Assembly: GCA_051294375.1 (NCBI GenBank)
Contig: JBJCIZ010000265.1
Location: 1 to 30,356, forward strand
DNA length: 30,356 nt
DNA from: Paraspadella gotoi
Lineage: Eukaryota > Animalia > Chaetognatha
Direction: 5' to 3'
Part shown: piece by piece, positions 9,501 through 18,900 of the stretch
Position numbering within the stretch: position 1 is the first letter of the stretch
Layout: the number at the start of each line of letters is the position of its first letter
Notes under the pieces: generated by a model
The model's database searches: none
Told to the model about the DNA's origin: nothing
The model's input: the letters and a program-made list of their open reading frames with translations, nothing else
Position numbers and translations under genes: made by a program

Positions 9501-10702
9501 CTCCCCCTCCTCCTCCCCCTCCAACCCCCTTCTCCCTCCCTCCTCTCTCTCTCCCCTCTCCCCCTCCCCTCTCCTCCTCCCCCTCAACCCCCTTCCTCCT
9601 CCCACTCCTCTCCTCCCCCCTCCTCCTCACAGGATCTCCTCCCCAACTCCTCCTCCTCTTCCTTCTTTTCCCGATTCTGCGAAATTTGTTTTCGGTCAAA
9701 CGATCGTCGTTTTCCTTTGGAGACGATCGTTGTTCTCTCGATGTGGAGCTGGTCGAGGACCGGCGTCCCGGGTGTCTCAGGTAAGGCAACCATAGATTTG
9801 GGTAAGTTTCTGGCGACTCGGGTGACCGAATTATGTACTCTGCGAGAAAGTCTTGATTGAAATCTTGCAAAATCTTCTTTGAAAATTGGTAACAACCAAT
9901 ATAAAAATCAGCCATTTATTAATAAATCTAGCCCTGACTTTGGACCAGGCTTTGGTGGTTTAGGCGTAAAAGGGATGTAGACCTTAACAAACTATAAACT
10001 GTCCGAATCAGGGTTAAGTTAGTTTGGTTATTGAATGAATGGATAATTTTTTTATTGGTTGTATCTAATTCTAATCTGTGATCACTGATCAGTATTAATT
10101 TGTGAATGTCTAATGATGTCCGTTTTTATTGGATAACAAATACAATCTTATAAGGGAGTGGTCTTTTCATGCAATTGAAACATTCTTTGAAATATTATGT
10201 CACTTGATTGTAGTAAAGTCAGGTACTCTGGGAGTGAATAAACAAAACTGGGAGAGAGTCGAAAGCTATGTCATTATCTTGTAAGAGTGATGGAGGCCTT
10301 AAAACCACCAAAGTCTGTCCAAAGTCAGGGGCAAGATAGCTTATTTATTAAATAAATGGATATTTTGTATGTCGGTTAAACCAATTTAATACATTGACAA
10401 GATCTAAAAACAACTTTTAACTTAAACTTTCCTTCAGGAGTTCCAAGGCGGCGCCCAACGGAAATTTAAAATTACACGAAGAGGAGAAAAAAGATGATAA
10501 TGAATTTTGGCAGGTAAGAGACGATCGGTTTAAAATTTTATTGAAGGTATGCCGGTCACACAGCTCACACTCATTGCCCATTATCTAGAAATGTACCCGC
10601 TGTATGGACGGCGTCTGCTTTGTCATCAACCTCATCGTCAGCATCGTCGCTGTTCCATGGACTTATTTCAAAATCGCCGACGTTCCTCAAGAATTCGCTT
10701 AA
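3507..10702 (+). CDS. Gene A: divergent Cys-loop (pLGIC) ion channel subunit, cation-type, non-alpha; 11 exons
   Basis: Stitched exons give, in the correct order: signal peptide, RP motif, W-x-D-x-x-L-x-W, Cys loop C-S/R-MDATQFPLDSQT-C (C-x13-C), M1 ..FFLLPP, M2 ESGERMGTAITMLLTI(A)V, M3, M4 FWQKCTRCMDGVCF.. and TAA at 10700-10702. Several indels had to be corrected by eye. Confidence 0.9.
3772..3860. repeat. ~14-bp tandem repeat (CTCAACTCTTCACT) abutting the exon 2 acceptor
   Basis: About six degenerate units. Confidence 0.75.
3865..4078 (+). CDS. Gene A exon 2 (alpha1 helix, RP motif, beta1-beta2)
   Basis: TTGCAG acceptor; SQLAD-LNMARIARGRPV; end reads approximately FTLLTVNGLTExG, matching gene B FTLLSVDDLRDDG; GTGAG donor. 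Confidence 0.7.
4552..4674 (+). CDS. Gene A exon 3 (beta2, WxDxxLxW)
   Basis: CAG acceptor; RIRIETSW-xDPxLQW...DTFLMPSSLSK with indels; homologous to gene B RIRLKTEWPDENLGW...DTILMPSSLSR; GTGAG donor. Confidence 0.75.
4680..4790 (+). mobile_element. LINE (RTE/CR1-like) ORF2 C-terminal remnant
   Basis: TTG AGA..GGA CAT GTC ATA TGA ATG reads LR..GHVI*M, resembling the LRWxGHVxRM motif. Confidence 0.4.
5054..5195 (+). CDS. Gene A exon 4 (loop A to first Cys-loop Cys)
   Basis: TTTCAG acceptor; MAHFV-PEDQVFTN..KIESIPCHL-HNGD..MLTES..PSC; GT donor at 5196. Confidence 0.7.
5337..5402 (+). CDS. Gene A exon 5 (Cys loop)
   Basis: MDATQFPLDSQTCRIRLRCFL(W) fits the D-x3-FPxDxQxC signature; acceptor appears to have lost its A (TTTTC-G); donor reads GCAAAT. 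Confidence 0.85.
5430..5965. repeat. T/C-rich low-complexity tract in gene A intron 5
   Basis: Almost pure pyrimidine on the + strand. Confidence 0.9.
5972..6130 (+). CDS. Gene A exon 6 (loop B to loop C)
   Basis: ACAG acceptor after long pyrimidine tract; SIA(E)LTVGY...PDFGHSSTGIAYAEDFEET; GTTGGT donor, phase 1. Confidence 0.7.
6289..6480. mobile_element. MITE-like element with internal TTAGG(G)-like repeats (copy 1, one end unresolved)
   Basis: End GGGGCATCTTATTCCCAGAACGCCCCATT resembles the termini of the other copies and is followed by degenerate GGTTAG/GATTAG units. Confidence 0.5.
6620..7097 (+). repeat. ~345-bp interspersed repeat, 1.4 tandem copies (Penelope pLTR-like arrangement)
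   Basis: AATTGGTACAACCAAT..CCTGACTTTGGACAGGCTTTGGTGGTTT at ~6620-6740 recurs at ~6965-7095. Confidence 0.8.
7110..7255 (-). mobile_element. Possible RTE-like LINE remnant
   Basis: Minus strand reads MDWAGNVMDTVDGSR, resembling WAGHVxRxxDxR. Confidence 0.3.
7279..7411 (+). CDS. Gene A exon 7 (beta10 and M1)
   Basis: ESTPSLEI-RVRRRK...LIP..LNSLFFLLPP; phase-1 GTAAGT donor that joins exon 8 to give P-E-S-G-E-R. Confidence 0.8.
8485..8557 (+). CDS. Gene A exon 8 (M2 pore helix)
   Basis: ESGERMGTAITMLLTI(A)VTLISVK aligns residue for residue with the nAChR M2 pattern (G-2', E-1', T6', L9', V13') after removing a 2-nt insertion. Confidence 0.9.
8740..9630. repeat. ~900-bp C/T-rich polypyrimidine tract with internal CCCCTCCAACCCC repeats
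   Basis: Direct inspection; source of the spurious Pro/Ser/Leu and Gly/Arg/Glu ORFs. Confidence 0.95.
9633..9780 (+). CDS. Gene A exon 9 (M2-M3 loop, M3, MX)
   Basis: CACAG acceptor; DLLPNSSSSSFFSRFCEICFGQTIVV-LETIVVLSMWS...RPGCLR; GTAAGG donor. Confidence 0.85.
9881..10387. repeat. Same ~345-bp repeat family: short + copy (9881-9966) and full inverted copy (10030-10387)
   Basis: AAACCACCAAAGTCTGTCCAAAGTCAGGGGC, GTACTCTGGGA and AAGGGAGTGGTCTTT are near-exact reverse complements of segments in 6620-6900. Confidence 0.85.
10438..10513 (+). CDS. Gene A exon 10 (short intracellular loop)
   Basis: TTCAG/GTAAG boundaries; phase-compatible open frame SSKAAPNGNLKLHEEEKKDDNEFWQ. Confidence 0.8.
10589..10702 (+). 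CDS. Gene A exon 11 (M4, stop)
   Basis: KCTRCMDGVCFVINLIVSIVAVPWTYFKIADVPQEFA*; uninterrupted frame; W..xx..D pre-M4 motif. Confidence 0.85.
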   Translation, partial: KCTRCMDGVCFVINLIVSIVAVPWTYFKIADVPQEFA

Positions 10703-10723
10703 CGAAAGAGAGAAAAGAAATTT

Positions 10724-10749
10724 AATAAATAAATATGTAAATAAATAAA
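10724..10749 (+). promoter_or_regulatory. Polyadenylation signals of gene A
   Basis: Clustered AATAAA hexamers 20-45 nt after the stop, though the context is very AT-rich. Confidence 0.4.
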
Positions 10750-10798
10750 AAAATTAATTAATTAATTTAAATTCGCGAATTTTCAACTTCAATTTTTT

Positions 10799-11103
10799 GG
10801 CACTTTTTTCAAAAGCATCCAATTTCTGTTTAGAATCCATAAACTTTTCTTTCACTCTCATACCAAATACTTGATGAATATCTCATTCACTAACCCTAAT
10901 CCTTAAATCTCTAACCAAAATTCCTGAACTAACCATATTCCTAATCTTTAACTTAACCTCTATCCTATATGCCTGGAAATCTCTAACCAAAATCCTGAAC
11001 TAACCATATTCTAATCTTTGTAACTTAAGCCTCTAATCATAATATTTGAACTTAAAAACCTAATTAAGTCTGAATATAAGTTGAAATAGGACACGAATCT
11101 TTA
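10799..11103. mobile_element. MITE-like element with CCTAA-like repeats (copy 2)
   Basis: Left end GGCACTTTTTTCAAAAGCATCCAATTTCTG; internal ~69-bp duplication (AAATCTCTAACCAAAAT-CCTGAACTAACCATATT); right end AAATAGGACAC. Confidence 0.5.
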
Positions 11104-12141
11104 TAACAAGATTTATACAGAAAAAAAACTGCTACTTTATCAAGAGTTAAATTTAATTAAATGGACGGCGGCCTTGAAACAATAAAATTATTATCAATTT
11201 TAACTCACTCTCTCTCTCTCTTTCTCTCTTCTCGTTCTCTCTCATCAATTATAGTAAACACAAACAACTCGCGACGCGCATTTGGTCTTGTAGATTGTGA
11301 TTAAAAAGATCCAGAGAAGAAAAAGTAAAAACAGTGAACTAAATTTAGTCAATTTTTTTTTATGAAATTAAAAAAATATACTTGTTTCACTATCTTTATT
11401 TTTAGATTTAAAATAAGCTATTATTATGATTTTATTTATTTGTTAAAATATTTTTTGTTAAATATTTAAATATAATTGAGAAAAAGGTTGTCGAGTTTGA
11501 GTCTGTAAGTAACTTAAGTATCCTGGATTGATAATATCTTTATGGTCAATATTTTTTACCTCCTCGCTGATTAGTTCCCGTTTCAGGATAAGACTACGTT
11601 TGCTAAAATCGTATGTTCTGATAGGGATACATACTGACGAAAGTTTTATGGGGCATCTTTATATTTCGAATATAATTTTAAAAGTCTCCTTTTTAGTAAT
11701 TCAATACTTTTGACAAGCATGCTTAAAAGAATTAATTAACTTCTCAACATCAGCGGAAGCAATAGATTTGAGACGAACAAAGGGAACAGGTCCATCTCAA
11801 CAGATAACAGGTCCTCATCTCTGGATCATTTTTTAATTGGTTGTACCAATTTCATTTAAAAAACCCGGTTTATAGCTTAGTAATATTTTTAATGTGGTAA
11901 ACTTTCACCGAGTTAAATTTTCGCTCTTGATTCGAGCGAGTGGCGACTGTAAAAAAAAACAAGCGATTTATTTCATTCAAAAATTAAAACTGCTTAATTA
12001 ATATGGGATCGTCGTAATTGTTTTCCGTCTGTCATGGAAACCAAAGACGCCCATCTTCGTGTCGAGGTTTAGAATCAGCTGTTTTTTTTGTCGTAAATTA
12101 TCGAGTCATGCGCGAGGTGACGTTCGCTCTCAGCGGTTGTG

Positions 12142-12172
<31 letters not shown>

Positions 12173-12454
12173 ACCTCCTAGCGTACACCGGTTTACATTT
12201 CTGAGGTTCGGTTACAGTTCATATTGGATATTACTCGCTTTGTTGTTATTTGAAGGTTTCGTGCAATAGAATAAGGATTTCATCTTGAAAACGATTCAGA
12301 AAAAATAAAACAACTTTTGTCTCGTGAGATTCAGAAAGTTAAAAGATTTGTGAATTTTTTGTATCTGTCACAGAGTGTTTTTGAATCGTTCCGTCAACTG
12401 GGCTAACACAGCCACCAACGACATCTAGACATCTTAACGCTTTAACCTCGAACT

Positions 12455-12712
12455 TTTCAAACAACTTATCACCCCGTCCATCACTTGGTCATACAACTAT
12501 CATAATTGCCATCACCTATCACAATCTATCATCATTAAATTTCCTGTTACAAATATCGCCATTTCCATCAACTGTCAATTTTAAACGCGTGGCATAACCT
12601 GTCTCACAACTATCATGCGCGCCCATCACTGCTCAAAACTATCATCGCGCGACACCGTCACACTATCATCCGCTGTCATCACCTGTCACAACTTTCGTCG
12701 CCTGTCAGTCAT
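12455..12712. repeat. Degenerate minisatellite (ATCACCTGTCACAACTATC-like) upstream of gene B
   Basis: Recurring CACAACTATCA and ATCACCTGTC motifs. Confidence 0.6.
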
Positions 12713-12772
12713 TTCCCTAGAACGTCTCAGCCGTTTTCCTCTCGACTGGCTCATCGCTCTCTTCCACTCCTG

Positions 12773-12833
<61 letters not shown>
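12773..12833. repeat. (CT)n microsatellite just upstream of the gene B start
   Basis: Dinucleotide run. Confidence 0.95.
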
Positions 12834-12837
<4 letters not shown>

Positions 12838-12890
12838 GTTTGTCCGTTTCTGTCTGTTCGTCTATTTCTTCCCCTTCACCTCGCAAGAAA

Positions 12891-12972
12891 ATGAGGATCT
12901 TCATCGTCGTCGTCGTCGTCGTCGTCTGCGTTTTGGCGGGAAAACTTAAGGCCGACAGATCAATGTGTCATC
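12891..12972 (+). CDS. Gene B exon 1 (signal peptide)
   Basis: MRIFIVVVVVVVCVLAGKLKADRSMCH with hydrophobic core encoded by (GTC)n; GTAAGT donor. Confidence 0.8.
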
Positions 12973-15900
12973 GTAAGTCAATCGTTAGATATGATATAAA
13001 ACGTTGAGTTTAGTATTTAAAAGACGTCATCTTAACAGTTCCAATTTTGATAAGAAGGATGAAACAATTTTTTATAAATATTGATTCAATTTTTTTTTTA
13101 AATTTTCTTCGATCCATTTTATAAGATTGATTCATTCATAGTTAATTATAATAATTAATTATATTAATTATAAATTTTAATTAATTTATTATATATTTTC
13201 ATATCTTAATAAATTCGCGACAATATTATTTTTTCTTATTTTCTTCTTCTCTCTTCTCGTTTCTAACCTCCTCCTTTCTAACCTCCTCCCTTCTGGACTT
13301 CCCTTTCTAACCTCCTCCCTTTCTAACCTCCTCCTTTCTAACCTCCTCGTTTGCTCGGTCTCTCTTTCTCATCTATCAGTTCCCTTTTTCCCCTTCCTTC
13401 CCCTTCCCCCCCTAGCCCCTACCCCTCCCCTCTCCCTCTCCTCTCTCCCCTCCCTCCCCCACCTCCCTCTTCTCCTTCCCCTCTCCTCCTCTCTTCCCCA
13501 CCTCCTCCCCCACCTCCCCTCTCACTCCTCTCTTTCCCCACCCCTCCCCCACTCGGCTCCCCTCTCCCCCTCTCCTCTCCCTTCCCCTCTCCCTCTCTCT
13601 TTCCCCTCCCCTCCCCACCTCCCTCTCCCTCCTCCCTCCCTTCCCTCTTCTCAGAGGGCCGCCTAACGGCAACCTGACCAAGAAGTGCATCAATGGATTC
13701 GGTGGAGGATGATAGGCGGACAAACGGGAGAGATGATGTTCGCGACAAAGACTGGGACTTGGAACATCCACATCACTTCACGCTTCTCTCTGTTGACGAT
13801 CTCAGAGACGATGGGGTCCTCATGTTGTTCATGTTGTTGTTGATGATGTTGATGATGATGTTGATGTTGTTGTTTTTAGATGTTGCATTGTAGTGACGTT
13901 GCTAATGTGGTTGATGTTGTTGATGCTTTTACAATTGTATGTTGTTCCTAAAAAAGCATTATTTATTTAATTTTGAATTATTAACGCAATTAATTGATGA
14001 TAAAAGATTAAGTATTGAACAATCTTCTTCCAAGACGATGCAAAGTCGCATTCGCTTGAAGACCGAATGGCCCGACGAGAATCTTGGTTGGCCGCCCAGA
14101 GTTGGCCAACAAAGAAGACACCATTCTCATGCCGTCCAGTCTGTCCAGGGCGATGTGGTTACATTCTGAGTCAGGTTTGATGGTTCATTTCTTGCCAGGT
14201 CTGGATTGCGCTTTAGACTGCAGATCCGATTGTGGTTCATTATTGCCAGGTCCTCGAAAATGTTGGGATATTGATACGATGGACGCACATCAAATTCTCC
14301 TTAGTTCATTTGTTGATTGAACAAATGAAAAAAATTTAAACATTTAAAAGAAAAAGTTTTTTATGTGTTGCCTTTGCTTTCGTCCATCGTTTTTAACCCT
14401 TTAAAAAAGACACATCATGTTCCTTTTTCATGAAATTAAATAAGAAACCAAGAATTATTAAATTAATTTTATGTCAAGTGACCGAATAGTGATGTGATCA
14501 AAACCGAAAAATTGAATAATTAAAAAACTTTCTAAGGAATTATTAGATATAATTATACAAGTGAGAAGTTTTGCAAAAAGAATTAACCAACCGATTCGAG
14601 AACATGAGCAAAGCGCAAAATGAAGATCAAGCGCGGATTAAATATTTAACAAACAAAAGGGGGGGGAAGGAAAAAAACCAATAATAACAAAAGGCGTTTC
14701 GTAGTGAATTTTTTTTAATGAAAAAAGAAAAGAAAAACAGTTTTCTTAGTCGGACTTAGTCCTCTTTCGGTTTCTTTGCCTTTTTTAAAATTCAGTTTTC
14801 TTTTTTTTTTAACTTACATTCGTACAAATATTTAATTTTAAGGTGAAATTAGGTCAAGTTGTAACTCGGCTCTCTTTTCCTAGAAGTGCCTTATTTCTTG
14901 ATTGTTGTATCCCAGAAATTAATTAACTAAATATGTTAACCTAATTATATGGTTCTTAAGACTTATAGAACAAATCTAGAATCCTATGCCTTAAACCATA
15001 TAATCCGTAACTTAATTTGACCTCTGTATCTCTTAAATCTCTTATTGTAATTTAGTAATCCTAACCTAACCCTAAATGCTATTATTAACTTAAATCACTA
15101 ACTTCTTTGCAATACATAATCCTTAACGCTCTGAAACCTAAATTTTAATTAAAGAAGGATTTAACCGAAAAAGATCGAATGAAGATAAGTAACGGGGCAT
15201 TTTCGGGGAGAATAATAGGCCTCTATTTCTCTTTCATCTGACATTAGATCATCATTATTCATTCACTTTATTCTTAATTTCTGTGTTTGCTCTTTCGACT
15301 TCTATTTTTTACTCGCTTTCTTATTTGAATTTCCTCCAGCCTACTTAACTTCTATTTTTACAGCCGCCTTTCGAACCACCTCGTCCACCCTACTACATCC
15401 CACTCTTGTTGGCCCCCCTATCTAACTCCACTCATACCTCCATAGTATTTCGTTGATCCTTCCTCTTTTAGCTTTATTTTCCTAAAGCACCCGTTCATCT
15501 TAATTCGAATTAAGCAGTTTGAAGGGATCTAAATTATAAGTCAAGTTAAGGATTAAGGAATTAAAAGATTAAGTTACTGATATTGAGTTAAGAATATGAG
15601 GATTAAGGATTAAGTTACTGATTTCGGTTTAGGATTTAGCATTAAAATTAATTTTTGGTATTGGGCGTTAGGCTCAGAGATTAGGTTCAAGGTTTTGGGT
15701 TAGGGTTGAGTATTTGGTTTAGGGAATAGAGTTTGGAATTAAAGTTAAAATTAATTTTTAGGTTTGACAATAGATTAAGTTAAATATACTATCTTAAAAC
15801 AAATTGAGGGGAGATTAAGGAGCTCGAAATAGGGCCACTTTTGAAAAAGACCTTTTTGTTATTCAACCCCAAATCTCGCCAACCAGGTGGCGGCAAAATT

Positions 15901-18900
15901 CGTTGCTTCTCGACGATCAGATCAACAAAATTCAACTCATGAAAAATTGAGCGGAATTTCCGTGTGAAATCAACAACAAAGGAGGACAACACGATGATGG
16001 CCGAGTCACCAACGGTTACCGCCCTGCATATTGGACACCTACTACTTTCCAAAACGACAATCCAAAACTTCAGAATCAACCATCGGCTCTCATTCCGTTG
16101 AGCATTCGCGTGAGGAGAGGGGGAAGGAGGAGGAGGAGAGGAAGAGGAGGGGTGATTGGTGTATGATTAGTGTGGATGGATGTGATAATGAGGATCATAA
16201 TTTGGTTGGATGATGATATTAATTAATTATTAAAATCAATATTGATCGAGTAAAACTGATTGAATTGATGAATTTAAATCGTTTAAATGATTATCGACTT
16301 GCGGTTATTAAAATTATTGATTTTTGATTGTAATGAATAACGATTGACTAGATAAGATTGATTTCATTCCCATTGAGATCAGATTATTCGATTTTGATTG
16401 ATTGACTTAATTGTATCGATTGATTGATCTAACTCCCCCCCCCCTCCTTATTCAGAGAACATCGCCAATCTCCGTCAGCCTACGAACAGCGACGACGATC
16501 ATCGACGAATCCGTTGATTGGCCGCTGGAGCCTGACTACTCCAGCACCAACCACTGGAGCTTTTGGATCGTAAGGAGTCGTCACCGACAGCGACGACGAC
16601 CAGGACCAAAGACAAGAAGGTTTTTTTGTTGTTTTTTTGGGGGGGAGGGGGGTTTGGCTCGATAGCGAGGCCCCTGTGAATTTTCCCGTCATCCACCTAT
16701 CTAAGCTCTATTAGTTAGTCGTTCCTGCTCGATAGCCGAGGCCCTGTGATATTTTCCGTCATCCACCGCCTACTAGCTCATATAGTGTAGTCTTTCTGGC
16801 TCGATAGCGAGGCCCGTGATATTTCCGTCATCCACCCTACTAACTCATATATTAGTCGTTCTGGCTCGATAGAGGCCCTGTGATATTTCCCTCATCCACC
16901 CTACAAAGCTCATATAGTGTAGTCGTTCTGTGCTGATAGCGAGGCCCTGTGAATTTTCGTCATCCACCCAGGATACTAAGCTATATAGTGTAGTCGTTCT
17001 TGGCTCGTAGCGAGCGACCGTGATATTTTCCGTCAATCCACCCTACTAAGCTCAATATATGTAGTCGTTCTTGGCTCGATAGCGAAGGCCCTGTGATAAT
17101 TTTCCGTCATCCACCCTACTAAGCTCATATGTGTAGTCGTTCTGGCTCGATAGCGAGGCCCTGTGGAGATTTTTCCGTCATCCACCTACCTAAGCTCATA
17201 TAGTGTGTCGTTCTGGGCTGCGATAGCGAGGCCTGTGATATTTTCCGTCACCACCCTACTAAGCTCATATAGTGGGGTTGGTTTTGGTTTTGTTTCGTTA
17301 TTTAGTTTTTGCTTTCTGTTTGTTATTTGTTTGAATTATTTTTCTTTTCTTTATTTATTTGTTTTTGTTCTTTGTTTATTTTTTTTTAATATTGGTTTGG
17401 TTTTTATATTTTGTCTCTTTGTTTTATTTTGTCTTGTTTTGTTTAGTTTTTGTTTTGCTTTTCTTTTCTTTGAATTTTCTTTCTTTTCTTTTCTTTAGTT
17501 AGGGACGATAGAATAATCGTAATGCCGGGTATTTTAGTACGAATTTAATTTATTTCATGGAATTAGACGAACTACGGCCTGAACCTTGAAGTCAGATAAA
17601 ACGAAACGGAACATGACGTTAATGTCGCGCTCGGCATCCATGTAACTTTTCATCAATCACTACTAAAATTATATTCTACCTCAGGTAACTTAATAGTCAA
17701 GGTCCGTTCTTGTTGTTCGTACGTTCATTCTTCATTAAGTTAAGTTAAGTTAAGTTAGTTAGAAGTTGGTTTAGTAGTTTTAATGTAGTGACTGAGAGAC
17801 ATGATTATTGATTATTGTTAAGAACGAACCGTTCAATATAAGCAGTCCCTGACTGGATCCAGGCTGTAACCCAATTACAGGCGGTTAAGCGCCCGTCCTC
17901 TAAACTGCTAGGGCGGCCCACCGGGCTAGAACCGGATCTTTGGGTTGGGAGCGAATGACTTGCCCCGGCACCAATGCCGCTGATGAACGGTTGGGATTTA
18001 GCACCATACATCCCCCCACATAGGTAGAAGTCCTGTTGCGTCTCTTCAGAATTGTTTGTTGTTGGTTGGAAAGTTCCGTCACCAAGTTGAGGCCATTCGC
18101 CTGATTGTTTGTGGGCGAAAGTGATCGCAGGTTGAAGTCATGTGCTGAAAGTGTTGTTTTGCTGTTGTGGTTCGTAAGTCGCGCTACCAATGAAGAGACA
18201 GTGAGTTATTGAGTGTGTTAAATGACAACACGTTCAATATAAGCCAGTCCCTGAGCTTCGGATCAGGCTGTAACAACGCAGTTACAGCGGTTAAGCGCCC
18301 CGTCCTCTAAACTGCAGGAACCACCGAGCTAGAACCCGGACCTTTGGTTGGGAGGCGAATGACTTGCCTCCGGCAACCAATGGCCGCTGATGACGTTTGG
18401 TGGATTTTAGTCCACCTTATGACTTTATTTTCTTTTTCTCTTTTCTTTCGTTCGTTCGTGTTGTGTTCATTGTTCGTTAGATCGTTCATTCGTTCTTCGG
18501 TTGGTTCAATATCGTTGTTTCACATCGTGAGTTTGTTCGTTGGGTAATGTTGTTTCGTTAGTTTGTTCGTTCGTCTTAGTTCGTGTTTTTCGTTAGTTCA
18601 TCCCTTGTTGTCGCGTTTGACGTCTTTTTATATTTCGTCTCTAATTTTTTTTGCTCTAATCATTTACCTTCTTTTCCCTTCTGGCGAATTAATTCTTTTT
18701 ATTTTCAACCTATTTAATCGGATCTGCTATTAGCAGATCCCGGACTCTAATATCCCTTGTCGGGCCGTGGTCCCGCCCCCAATCTGTCGGACATTAAACT
18801 TTAAACCATGCAGAACATTTGATAAATTTATGCAAAAAACATGTCCGTCCGTCCGTCCTCCGTCCGTCCCATCTTCGCAAACATTCCAATAACTCGTGAT

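Noticed and set aside
8746-9915. Long Pro/Ser/Leu and Gly/Arg/Glu ORFs (also 5205-6122 and 13351-13771)
   Set aside because: Stop-free by composition in polypyrimidine tracts; only their ends overlap real exons
16655-17273. CRISPR array
   Set aside because: Units are contiguous with no unique spacers, no cas genes, and the context is a spliceosomal intron
17915-17980. Functional tRNA-Gly gene
   Set aside because: Acceptor and D stems do not pair convincingly, and a conserved non-tRNA body follows without a poly-T terminator
17975-18400. Hammerhead ribozyme (CTGATGA at ~17980 and ~18386; also 4757, 22723 and GTGATGA..GAAAC in the 345-bp repeat)
   Set aside because: No stem II plus GAAA with pairing stems; in the 345-bp repeat the core is not conserved among copies
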